A stretch of 64,000 bases of DNA from Opitutales bacterium (GCA_029254745.1 JAQWWZ010000072.1:4380-68379); one strand, 5' to 3'. Shown: positions 12,385 through 21,514, counted from the stretch's first letter. Notes: generated from the letters alone by a model not told the origin. Translations and numbers: made by a program.

Positions 12385-12401
12385 TGCATATGCGATGCCA
12401 A
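12385..12401 (-). promoter_or_regulatory. Putative sigma54 (-24/-12) promoter facing eboE
   Basis: Minus strand reads TTGGCATCGCATATGCA: GG and GC exactly 10 nt apart, as in the YTGGCACG-N4-TTGCW consensus. Confidence 0.55.
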
Positions 12402-12445
12402 TTTCTCCCGTTTTTTTAATTTGCGTAAAAAAAACAAGCTTTGGT

Positions 12446-12472
12446 AAAAATTTGTACAACGGGCAAATTTTT
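12446..12472. promoter_or_regulatory. Inverted repeat, candidate activator (bEBP) or repressor site
   Basis: AAAAATTTG-N9-CAAATTTTT perfect 9-bp dyad, centred ~85 bp upstream of the predicted sigma54 start, with A/T tracts in between. AT-rich, so a chance match is possible. Confidence 0.35.
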
Positions 12473-12527
12473 TTAGGATTGTAAAACAAATAGATAAAAG
12501 GATCTCGCTCTATTAACGTACATATAA

Positions 12528-13058
12528 ATGAATACTGAACCCATATGGAAGTCATGGTTTGCCCGTCACGGTGCCAAACTTTTATTGTTTGCCCGACAGC
12601 AGGCACGCAATCCGCATGATGCTGAAGATCTTGTGCAGGAGGCGTTTGTCCGAATCTGGCGATTGTATGGGCATACGGGTGAAGTGGCACCCGGTCTAGT
12701 TTACCGAGCAGTCCGAAGGCTAGCAATAGATTGGGCACGAAGTTTGGATCGCCGGAAAATCCGGGAACAAAAAGTGATAGCCGATTCTCCCCTCCATGAA
12801 TCTTTCAAATTTACCATTGAGCAGGATGAGCGACAAAAATCAATCCTTGCTGTTGTGGAACGCTTGCCACCAGAGCAAAAAGAGGTCCTCACCCTTAAAA
12901 TATGGGGAGAACTTACATTCGATGAAATTGGGCGTACTCTCGACCTTTCACTTAACACTGTCGCCTCTCGTTATCGGTATGCCTTACAGAAGTTAAAAGA
13001 CTGGCTACCTGCAGAGCTGGAAGACTCCCCGAATATTGAAATGAAGGTGGCAAAATGA
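12528..13058 (+). CDS. ECF (sigma-70 group 4) RNA polymerase sigma factor
   Basis: DAEDLVQEAFVRIW (region 2); LPPEQKEVLTLKIWGELTFDEIG...NTVASRYRYA (region 4). Confidence 0.93.
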   Translation: MNTEPIWKSWFARHGAKLLLFARQQARNPHDAEDLVQEAFVRIWRLYGHTGEVAPGLVYRAVRRLAIDWARSLDRRKIREQKVIADSPLHESFKFTIEQDERQKSILAVVERLPPEQKEVLTLKIWGELTFDEIGRTLDLSLNTVASRYRYALQKLKDWLPAELEDSPNIEMKVAK

Positions 13059-13648
13059 GAGAATTTGAAGAGTTGGAGAAAGAACTCCAGGCATTTCAAC
13101 CAAAGCCCCCAACCGATGCTTTCACTGCTCGCGTGGCCGACGCCCTTGGGGATTCCGGTGACATTTCCTTTCGAAGGGTCACCAGCACACCAGCCGTAAA
13201 AAAGGCCAAGTCCAAAAAACTTTATCTCTTCATTCCTCCTGCACTTGCCATGGCAGCCTCCTTGGTCTGGATCTTTTATATTTTCCCCTCTCAATCCCTT
13301 GTCTTACCAAAGCTTCCTCATTCCATCATCCCCGATACCCAACCCCATTCCCCCCCTCTTGCCTCCGTTGATGAAGATGAAGCCAGCCCATTGCATGGCG
13401 TAAGCCTCCAAGAATTACAGGCTCACTCGGGAGTGCCGACCAATGGGTGGTTGGACCCGCAAGTTCAGGAACGCTTGATTGACCGGGTGGATGAAGGCCT
13501 TATCCGACGGCCTGGCTTTGCCCCTGGTAGGCAAGTTCGTTACCATTATATTGACGAAACACTTTGGAAGCATCCCACATCCAACACCCGCATTATTTCC
13601 ACCACCCCCCGACAGGAAGTTTTGATTTTGGAACTGGATCTTTACTGA
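13055..13648 (+). CDS. Putative single-pass membrane anti-sigma factor
   Basis: ATGA overlap with the ECF gene; short helical N-terminus, one TM helix (LFIPPALAMAASLVWIFYIF), Pro-rich linker, C-terminal extracytoplasmic domain. Confidence 0.65.
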   Translation: MREFEELEKELQAFQPKPPTDAFTARVADALGDSGDISFRRVTSTPAVKKAKSKKLYLFIPPALAMAASLVWIFYIFPSQSLVLPKLPHSIIPDTQPHSPPLASVDEDEASPLHGVSLQELQAHSGVPTNGWLDPQVQERLIDRVDEGLIRRPGFAPGRQVRYHYIDETLWKHPTSNTRIISTTPRQEVLILELDLY

Positions 13649-14409
13649 CTTGTGGTTCTCCTCCTTCATGGAGGATGTAAAAACCATGGGAAATCAGATT
13701 TAGCCTAGCCCAGGACATACCCTCTGCTTCCCTCTTATGCTGTCTTTCCAAGCCAATCCTTTGACCCTTGCTAAACTACGGCTTCACACAGAAAAAATTA
13801 TCCAAGAGGGCAAGCTTTCATCTTAATTTCTTTGGAGAAATATACCTAGAGGTATTCTATGTGAGGGAGGGGATTACGGGGAATAGCAGGCGTGCATATT
13901 TGTGCTGTCCTGCAAAAAATGTGGTGCCTCTAAATATTATCCGTCTAGAATCTCCACTGAAGCTATCTGTAACCCCGGGCAAGGCCGGGCATAAAAAACA
14001 GAAACGGGGAGTTTTGGGTACGGGTCTCTTTTTTCGAAGGTTTTCCCACCACTTGTTCCGCTCTCCTCCTCATGGTTTCCTACAGCCCGGTTCATCAACC
14101 GGATGCAGATGCACTGTATACTCCAGTGTAAACTAAAAGGTGGTTACTGGTGAATAGGATACCCTGCACTACACAAAAAAAGGGCAAAAATTTCTGAGGG
14201 TCACAGATCTCGTGGGAAAACTTTTGTTTAAGGGCTCCGTCAATATCTATCTGCGTCGATTGTAGGTATACCCCCCATGTTGCTCCCCAAACTTAAGGAA
14301 TGAGCAGGGGCATAGAAGGTCTCCCTGTGCCTTTTGTCGGCCTTACTTGTAGCTTGACCCAAGCATGTCATTTTGGCATAGAGATAAGAAACAAATCATC
14401 AAACCTATT

Positions 14410-15510
14410 ATGAAACTTATTACCTTGCTACTATCTGCCCTAGTTCTAGGAACTTCTGCTTTCGCACAAATTCCCGGAATGATGTCCACGCAAATTTCTT
14501 CCAACCCGGAAGGTACAGCCCTTGGTGCCAATGAGACCTTGACTGCATCCGGTATTGCCCTCGGCAACCGTGTTAAGATGCGTGGTTACATTGATTTTAC
14601 TCTTGGCTATGATGATGAGGATATTGCCGGTGGTGATCAAAATGAGCAGTTCACCACCCAAGGTGATGTTGATTTCTTATTTGATTTTTCTCCGATTACT
14701 TCTGAAGCTCACATTCGCTTCAATGCTAATGACGACCCTTCCGATACTAACGACTCAAATGGCGTTGATTTAGAGCAACTTTTTGCTCGATACAGCGTAA
14801 ATGATGTCTTCAACTTTTCCTTTGGCCGTCAACTAACATCGCTTGGGTATGAAGCTGACGAAGCTACTGGTCTTCACGCTGTATCTAATGCCTATGTTTT
14901 GGGAGATGGTACTTCTGATCTTAGCCTTTCACCTGCTCAATCGCGCCGAAATTATGTCGATGGCCTTCGTGCCAATTTCAACAACGGCCAATTTGGTATC
15001 ACTTTTGGAATTCACGATGGCTACTGGGTAAGCAATCATTTTGATGGTGACGATTTAGCGATCGATTTGGCTGCTTCTGTTATGATCATTCCTGGCTTAG
15101 AGGCTCGTCTGGGGTACGCCCACCAAGAAGTGGATGAAGACTCTCATACTGGGCTTGTAAATGACTCTGATATCTCTCAATTCAATATGTGGTTAGGTTA
15201 CAATCCCAATGATCTTACCTTAGCAATCGAGTATGATAACTTCGAGATTCTTGAAGACGATGAGTATTGGAGTCTGATGCTGCTTGCCAATTACCAATTC
15301 ACTGATTGGTTTGCCGCAACCTTACGCTACACTCATGAAGATTACGAAAAGGGCTTGGTAGATCATGAAGCAGATCGCTTTACTTTTGCCTTCCTCTTTT
15401 CAATTACCGATAATTTTGGTTTGAATGTTGAATACAGCACTACCGATGTAGACAGTACTACCCAAGGTGACTACAACGAATTCTACATTCAAGGCTTACT
15501 TTCTTACTAA
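14410..15510 (+). CDS. Outer-membrane beta-barrel (porin-like) protein
   Basis: Signal peptide MKLITLLLSALVLGTSAFA, LEQLFARY, GRQLTSLGYEA, alternating amphipathic strands, C-terminal aromatic residue (LLSY). ATG 14410 preferred over the track start 14365. Confidence 0.8.
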   Translation: MKLITLLLSALVLGTSAFAQIPGMMSTQISSNPEGTALGANETLTASGIALGNRVKMRGYIDFTLGYDDEDIAGGDQNEQFTTQGDVDFLFDFSPITSEAHIRFNANDDPSDTNDSNGVDLEQLFARYSVNDVFNFSFGRQLTSLGYEADEATGLHAVSNAYVLGDGTSDLSLSPAQSRRNYVDGLRANFNNGQFGITFGIHDGYWVSNHFDGDDLAIDLAASVMIIPGLEARLGYAHQEVDEDSHTGLVNDSDISQFNMWLGYNPNDLTLAIEYDNFEILEDDEYWSLMLLANYQFTDWFAATLRYTHEDYEKGLVDHEADRFTFAFLFSITDNFGLNVEYSTTDVDSTTQGDYNEFYIQGLLSY

Positions 15511-15536
15511 GCTGAATTAGAAATTCTCTTTCATAC

Positions 15537-15568
15537 AACCCTGTCGAGCTAATCGGCAGGGTTTTTTT
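15537..15568 (+). terminator. Intrinsic terminator after the porin gene
   Basis: AACCCTGTCGA-gctaa-TCGGCAGGGTT (one G-U pair) followed by a T run. Confidence 0.85.
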
Positions 15569-15675
15569 GTGCTCAGTTTGGACTCCATGCTTGCCAAAGC
15601 CGGCTGAGCAAGTCATCGGAGTAGGTAAACCAATTTTTATTTTATGGACGGGATGAATTTGCTGAAACTACAGCC

Positions 15676-17181
15676 ATGAGTATGGACGCCTTATCTTATG
15701 ACGAGCCAAGCAAGGCCAAGAAGGCCATGCTTCGAAAAATAGAAGAGAAGGGGGAGGAGCTTGCTTACCTTCAACGCGAGGCAAGAGAACTGGGTATTCC
15801 CATTCTTGTGGTCGTGGAAGGCCTGAGTGCGGCTGGCAAAGGCACTATCATTAATCAAATGATTCAACCCTTGGATCCTCGGGGATTTAAAGTTTCCTGT
15901 ATTGCTTCCCCTAACCGCGACGAGCAAATGCGTCCCTTTCTTTGGCGTTTTTGGCGCCGGACTCCATCGGCTGATCGGATGGCGATTTTTGACCGGAGTT
16001 GGTATCGGAGTTTATTGGATGCCAAGATCAATGGGGTGATTAGTGATGCTGACCTTGGTAAAGCTTATGCCGATGTTCGCAGCTTTGAGCGCCAGATGCG
16101 GGATGGGGGTACTTTGATTTTAAAATTCTTTCTTGAGGTTTCCAAAAAGGAACAGGCCACCCGCCTGGCAGCCTTGCAAAATAACCCCGCTACCGCCTGG
16201 CGGGTATCAGATGCGGTCATGGAACGTCATGCCCAATATAATGACTATCTCAAGGCGGTGGAGCAGATGTTTAAAGAAACGGATGGGGAGGGAGGCCCTC
16301 CCTGGTTGCGGGTATCATCAAAAAGCACCAAGCAGGCAACACTTAAAGTATTACATCATATGGTCGATACCATCCAAAAGCGGGTGGATGAAGTAAAAGC
16401 AGGAACCCCTGCCTTAACCGCCACCAATCGTCCACACCGTCCGTTGTTTCGCCATGCCCCTTCTTTAGCCACTTCTAATTTGTCCCAAAAGTTAAGCAAA
16501 GAGCAGTACAAGGAAATGCTTGGCTCAAGGCAGCGTAAAATCCAAGAATTACACCATGAGGTCTACCGGTTACGGATCCCGGTAGTGATTGTCTATGAAG
16601 GGTGGGACGCCGCTGGTAAGGGTGGTAATATCCGGCGCCTGACCGAACGGATGGATCCACGAGGATACGAAGTGATTCCGATATCCGCACCCAATGATGT
16701 CGAGAAAGCCCATCATTATCTTTGGCGTTTCTGGACCGAATTTCCCAAGGCGGGCCATGTGACTATATTTGATCGTTCATGGTATGGACGTGTACTGGTG
16801 GAGCGCGTGGAGGGTTTTTGTACGGAAACTGAGTGGAAGCAGGCATATCAGGAGATCAATGAAATGGAGGATAATTTCCGCCATTTTGGTACCGCTCTGG
16901 TAAAGTTTTGGGTACAGATTGATCAGGAAGAGCAATTAAGAAGATTTCAGGCCCGTGAGCAAAATGCCAGAAAACAGTGGAAGTTAAATGAGGAAGACTG
17001 GCGGAACCGGGATAAGTGGAAGCCTTACGAAGAGGCAGTAAATGAAATGTTTATCCGTACCCATGCCCCGCAAGCACCCTGGACAATTATCGAAGGTAAT
17101 TGTAAACGCTATGCCCGGATAAAAGCTCTCGATGTTGTAATTGATGCGATTGAAAAAAAGATCGCTGAAAAAACAAAGTAA
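15676..17181 (+). CDS. pap: Two-domain polyphosphate kinase 2 (polyphosphate:AMP phosphotransferase type)
   Basis: Two PPK2 domains with Walker A EGLSAAGKG and EGWDAAGKGG, FDRSWY twice, HYLWRFW. Confidence 0.9.
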   Translation: MSMDALSYDEPSKAKKAMLRKIEEKGEELAYLQREARELGIPILVVVEGLSAAGKGTIINQMIQPLDPRGFKVSCIASPNRDEQMRPFLWRFWRRTPSADRMAIFDRSWYRSLLDAKINGVISDADLGKAYADVRSFERQMRDGGTLILKFFLEVSKKEQATRLAALQNNPATAWRVSDAVMERHAQYNDYLKAVEQMFKETDGEGGPPWLRVSSKSTKQATLKVLHHMVDTIQKRVDEVKAGTPALTATNRPHRPLFRHAPSLATSNLSQKLSKEQYKEMLGSRQRKIQELHHEVYRLRIPVVIVYEGWDAAGKGGNIRRLTERMDPRGYEVIPISAPNDVEKAHHYLWRFWTEFPKAGHVTIFDRSWYGRVLVERVEGFCTETEWKQAYQEINEMEDNFRHFGTALVKFWVQIDQEEQLRRFQAREQNARKQWKLNEEDWRNRDKWKPYEEAVNEMFIRTHAPQAPWTIIEGNCKRYARIKALDVVIDAIEKKIAEKTK

Positions 17182-17217
17182 GCCTTTCTTTTTCTTCTTA
17201 TCTTTTCTGATGTGATT

Positions 17218-17301
17218 GCGAAGGATGAATACCTGAGACGATCCAAGGTTAATCATGAAGTACATGCCCTCAAAACCCAAAGGGAGTAAGGCATCCTTCG
17301 C
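17218..17301. repeat. Perfect 10-bp inverted repeat enclosing a 64-nt structured interior
   Basis: GCGAAGGATG (17218-17227) / CATCCTTCGC (17292-17301); internal mini-hairpins CATG-aagta-CATG and CCC-aaa-GGG. Confidence 0.45.
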
Positions 17302-17341
17302 TTTCGATCCTTGTGGGTAATGACTAGGCTGAGCATCTATC

Positions 17342-17389
17342 TTGACATCACTGTTGCCACTCTCTTTTTTGATACGATTCTGTTATATT
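17342..17389 (+). promoter_or_regulatory. Possible sigma70 promoter of the sugar locus
   Basis: TTGACA at 17342-17347 and an extended -10 TGtTATATT at 17381-17389. They are too far apart to be one canonical promoter. Confidence 0.3.
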
Positions 17390-17473
17390 TCGAGTCAGAC
17401 TCGTCATCTTTCAGTATTTGTAATCTCTGCTTCAACTGACTCCCATCCCTAACAAATTAAAAGTTTAATTCTT

Positions 17474-18799
17474 ATGGCTGCTTCGACCTCTATTTTACCC
17501 CAAAAACTTCACGAATATCCTCAGCAAGATGTGATCGACGGATCTAGCGGAGAATCCGCATCCATTCTTGAGGATTGCCTCAACCATACTGGTGGGGTGT
17601 TACAACTTTTACATCGATATGCTGGCAGAACTTTCTGTTCGCCCGGGAAACGATTACGTCTCGATGAGGGTTCATACTATCCGGATTACATGGACGGTAC
17701 CGGTCTCGATGAAGTCTGGATGGGTTGCACCGTACCCATCGTCACAGGGGTGATTGATTCACGTACAGGTAAAGCTCCTTTTCGTGAAGGTGAATCCCAT
17801 GTGCTCACTCCCAATGGGCAGGTCATCCTGCTGCAGGATTTGATCCTCGCCAACCCTGCAGCGGTCATGGGTGACAAAATTACTGCTTTATCAAAATCAA
17901 TGTATGGCGATCCAACCTGGCCGATTGTGTCCAAGAAATTCGACAATTTGAATCCGATCCCCCATCACCTGCACTGGTCCAAGTGGGAAGTGTACGACAT
18001 CAATTCTTTTGACAACCCAGGCGTTAGCCCGTCGCATTATCATACCACGGCAATGGGACTTTACCCATTTGTGTCCAAGGACGATTTCCTTGCTTGCATG
18101 AAGCGTTTTGGGCAGGGTGAATATAACGGAGTTCGGCACCTTTCCCCGCATGTAATGATGCAACTTGATAACGGCTTTGTTATGCCAAATGGTGTACTGC
18201 ACTCACCGACAGACCTTTGCACTCACGAAGTGCATGTGACCATGGATGAGCACTTTTTAGCAGAGGATCTTACCCTTGATGGCCGTATCGGAGCTGCAGA
18301 TGCATTCTACGCATGCCGGGAAGAGGATTACCCAAAGGATAAACATGAAAATTGGGAGTACTTGGTTGAAAAGTTTGACTTCGAAGCCAATCAGGACCCG
18401 GAATTTGTTTTGAAGAATTCACGCCCAGCAATAACGGCGGAAGAATTTTCAGCTGACGGTGTAGATGCAAAATGGATTGTATACGGTAATTTTCTTGGTG
18501 ACCAAAAGGTCTCAATTCTCCGGCTTACTTTGGAGCCCGGGGCTAAGACATCTTTTTGCCCGGAGTGCCCCGCACTTTTTCACACTAACGGTGGAAGCGG
18601 CCGTATCGGAAAGCTTGAAGTACGATATCATCAGAATATGGTATTGGGAGAGCTCTACCCTGAGGTCGGATTTATTACCCAATCTGCACTTGCCAATGGT
18701 GGTGTCGACATTGAAAACACTGGGTCAGATCCTTTAGTTCTGACCTTTGACTTCCCGCAAAACGGGCATTCTAAAACACCCGGTGTTACTATGGCATAG
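17474..18799 (+). CDS. Divergent class I mannose-6-phosphate-isomerase-like cupin (substrate unknown)
   Basis: WPIVSKKFDNLNPIPHHLH (cf. PMI LxKxLD...SxQxH), WEVY, PNGVLHSP and HEVH cupin metal motifs. Confidence 0.6.
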   Translation: MAASTSILPQKLHEYPQQDVIDGSSGESASILEDCLNHTGGVLQLLHRYAGRTFCSPGKRLRLDEGSYYPDYMDGTGLDEVWMGCTVPIVTGVIDSRTGKAPFREGESHVLTPNGQVILLQDLILANPAAVMGDKITALSKSMYGDPTWPIVSKKFDNLNPIPHHLHWSKWEVYDINSFDNPGVSPSHYHTTAMGLYPFVSKDDFLACMKRFGQGEYNGVRHLSPHVMMQLDNGFVMPNGVLHSPTDLCTHEVHVTMDEHFLAEDLTLDGRIGAADAFYACREEDYPKDKHENWEYLVEKFDFEANQDPEFVLKNSRPAITAEEFSADGVDAKWIVYGNFLGDQKVSILRLTLEPGAKTSFCPECPALFHTNGGSGRIGKLEVRYHQNMVLGELYPEVGFITQSALANGGVDIENTGSDPLVLTFDFPQNGHSKTPGVTMA

Positions 18800-19107
18800 T
18801 AGTCCTCTGATACCGCCCGTCTTACCACTTCGGATCAACTGTTTCCGCTTCTCGGGAGAGGACTGTGGATACGGTAGAATTAAGTGGCATCAGTTATGAA
18901 ACCTGTAAAAGCCATGGTGCCGCTCAAGCTATTGGATGCCCAAGTTCTACTATGCTGAAGCTGGGGTGCCTGTATAGCTGTCTTTTATTTTAATCGATTA
19001 GAATACCCCGTATTGATCTGTAAACACCAACGAAAAGCGTGTTTTCCTTGCCATGCAAAGAAAAAAGCCCTTCCTATCTACTTTCTCCTTTTAATTATAA
19101 ACTTTTT

Positions 19108-20148
19108 ATGAGCGAATTATCTCAGCCTGTAGAACGCTCCGGAATCCTTTCCGGAGGTAATTGGATTATAGACCAAGTCAAAATTATTGATGTCTACCCT
19201 AAGCACGAACAGCTGGCCAATATTCTTGGCCAGTCACAGGGAACCGGTGGGTCCCCTTACAATGTACTCCTGGACCTTGCTAAGATGGGGGCATCTTTTC
19301 CTCTGGAAGGTGCGGGGCTTGTTGGGCAGGATGCATTGGGCAAATTTATTCTTGAGGATTGCAAAAAGAACAGCATCGATTCTCAGTTCATGTCTGTATC
19401 TCCGGGGGCCAGTACATCTTACACCGATGTAATGACTGAAAAAGATGGCGGAAGGCGTACCTTTTTTCACAATAGTGGCGCCAACTCTACCTGGGACGGT
19501 TCAGATATTGATTTTTCAAAAAGTGCCGCCAAGATTTTTCATCTTGGATACTTGCTTTTGCTCGATGCTCTTGATCAGGACCATCCAGAACATGGCACCA
19601 AGGGTGCCGCCTTGCTCGCCAAGGCCAGAGCTGCTGGATTCAGGACCAGCATTGATGTGGTTAGTGAAGACAGTGACCGCTTTGCCCGGATTATTGGTCC
19701 TGCCTTGAAGCAGGTAGATTATTGCATTTTAAATGAAGTGGAAGGCAGCAAGGTAACGGGTGTAAAAGTTCGTGAAGATGGAAAACTGCTCAAGGAAGGC
19801 ATTGAAGAAACTGCTCGTAAACTCTTTGAGCTTGGGGTGGGGGAGTTAGTGGCCATTCATTTCCCTGAAGGCTCCTATGCTCAGTCCAAAGATGGAGAAA
19901 AGGTATGGCATGGTTCCTTGTCCTTACCCAAAGGGTATATTCAAGGTGCAGCTGGAGCAGGAGATGCCTTTTGTTCAGGCGTACTTTTTGGTGTGCATGA
20001 AAATTGGTCTTTAGAGAAATCTCTTCTCACCGGGACTTGTGCCGCAACTGCTTGTATGTCAGATCCTACCTGCACCGATGGCTTGCGTTCTTTAGACCAT
20101 TGCCTGGCTTTAGCTGAAAAATTCGGGGTAGGGGAAGACGAAAGCTAA
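19108..20148 (+). CDS. PfkB/ribokinase-family carbohydrate kinase
   Basis: GGSPYNV, G-x-VGQDALG, C-terminal GAAGAGDAFCSG signature. ATG 19108 preferred over GTG 19039. Confidence 0.92.
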   Translation: MSELSQPVERSGILSGGNWIIDQVKIIDVYPKHEQLANILGQSQGTGGSPYNVLLDLAKMGASFPLEGAGLVGQDALGKFILEDCKKNSIDSQFMSVSPGASTSYTDVMTEKDGGRRTFFHNSGANSTWDGSDIDFSKSAAKIFHLGYLLLLDALDQDHPEHGTKGAALLAKARAAGFRTSIDVVSEDSDRFARIIGPALKQVDYCILNEVEGSKVTGVKVREDGKLLKEGIEETARKLFELGVGELVAIHFPEGSYAQSKDGEKVWHGSLSLPKGYIQGAAGAGDAFCSGVLFGVHENWSLEKSLLTGTCAATACMSDPTCTDGLRSLDHCLALAEKFGVGEDES

Positions 20149-20191
20149 TCCTTCCCATCTATTAAAACAATAATTTCTTATCCATATATTT

Positions 20192-21514
20192 ATGTCAGAT
20201 TCCTCACTTAATGATTTTAGCTCTCAAATTCGTGAGCAAGCACTCCAACATGCAGCAGAAGCCGGGGGGTTTCCTGAGCCTACAAATTTACTCAATCTTC
20301 ACGCCCACACCTTTTATTCATTTAACTACAAGGATTATTCCCCGAGTATGTTTGCAGTGGAAGCGAAAAAAGCAGGGCTTGGGTCTGCGGGTATTGTCGA
20401 CTTTGATGTACTCGATGGTTTGGATGAGTTTTGGAATGCTTCCCGCAAGCTTGACCTGAAAGCATGTATTGGATTGGAGTCCCGGGTGTTTGTTCCTGAA
20501 TTTGCAGACCGTGTGATTAATTCCCCGGGAGAGCCTGGCATTTGTTATCATATGGGCACCGGTTTCACGACCACTGAAATTCCCCACGATGCCCAAGACT
20601 TTCTGGACGGGATGAGGACCACATCCGAGCAACGAAATCGTTCTTTGCTCGATCGGGTAAATGCATTTTTAACCCCTTTGACTCTAGATTATGAGCGAGA
20701 TGTTTTGCCGCTTACGCCGAATGGTAACGCTACGGAGCGTCATCTTTGTCTCGCTTATGCCCGCAAGGCGGCGGCTCAGTTTCCCGAGGAATCCGCCCTG
20801 CGTGCGTTTTGGTCCGAGAAGTTGGGGGTGCCTGCGGGAGATCTTAAAGATGTACCGGATGGCCGTGGAATGACTGATTTAATCCGGGCTAGGACCATGA
20901 AAAAGGGAGGTGTCGGCTATGTGCAACCTGATTCCGGTTCTTTTCCCAACATGGCAGAAATGAATCAATTTGTTTTGAAGTGTGGGGCTTTACCAACTTT
21001 AACTTGGCTGGATGGTTGTTCAGATGGAGAGCAAGCCATTCGAGAATTGGTAGAGGTTAGTCAATCCAGTGGTGTGGTTGCGTTTAATATTATTCCTGAC
21101 CGTAATTACACTCCCGGGGCCCCTGATCAAAAACTAAAAAATTTACAGGAAGTAATCAGGCTAACCCAGGAACTTGAACTCCCATTAATTGGAGGAACAG
21201 AAATGAACAGCCCTGGGCACAAATTGGTGGACAGTTTTGAAACCGATGAGTTATCTGCGGTCCATCCAGTATTTCTCCGTGGGGCCCATATTTTACATGC
21301 TCATTCTACCTTGCAGAAATTTGGTAATATGGGATACCTGAGCGAGTGGGCGAGTTCACATTTTGGTCAGGTTAAAGAAAAAAATGACTTTTATGACCAG
21401 TTTGGAGAAATCTTTTCTCCACGGGCCGATACTAGATTACAAGATTCTTTGAGTGCGGAAAAGGCACCGGCAGAAGTGCTCGCTTTGGCCAAGGAAGCCA
21501 TGACTGCAGCGTAA
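20192..21514 (+). CDS. PHP-domain protein (putative sugar-phosphate phosphoesterase, atypical ligands)
   Basis: NLHAHTFYS, AGIVDFD, IGLESRV; C-terminal GGTEMN in place of the usual GSDxH. Confidence 0.7.
   Translation: MSDSSLNDFSSQIREQALQHAAEAGGFPEPTNLLNLHAHTFYSFNYKDYSPSMFAVEAKKAGLGSAGIVDFDVLDGLDEFWNASRKLDLKACIGLESRVFVPEFADRVINSPGEPGICYHMGTGFTTTEIPHDAQDFLDGMRTTSEQRNRSLLDRVNAFLTPLTLDYERDVLPLTPNGNATERHLCLAYARKAAAQFPEESALRAFWSEKLGVPAGDLKDVPDGRGMTDLIRARTMKKGGVGYVQPDSGSFPNMAEMNQFVLKCGALPTLTWLDGCSDGEQAIRELVEVSQSSGVVAFNIIPDRNYTPGAPDQKLKNLQEVIRLTQELELPLIGGTEMNSPGHKLVDSFETDELSAVHPVFLRGAHILHAHSTLQKFGNMGYLSEWASSHFGQVKEKNDFYDQFGEIFSPRADTRLQDSLSAEKAPAEVLALAKEAMTAA

Noticed and set aside
13724-13732. GGGAAGCAG on the minus strand resembling SRP RNA helix 8
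   Set aside because: The upstream TCAGG-GNRA half of the motif and the long closing stem are absent.
17218-17310. GCGAAGG ... TCTCAGGTA on the minus strand resembling a glycine riboswitch
   Set aside because: No GGAGA motif, the pairing pattern does not fit, and it points into the 3' end of ppk2; kept only as an unexplained inverted repeat.
18885-18899. TGGCATCAGTTATGA, near-match to a sigma54 promoter
   Set aside because: The invariant -12 GC is GA.
18963-19040. GGGGTGCC ... ATACCC ... TGATCTG arrangement resembling a TPP riboswitch upstream of pfkB (tempting given the ThDP enzyme downstream)
   Set aside because: The core UGAGA, CCUGAU and GCGUAGG elements are all missing.
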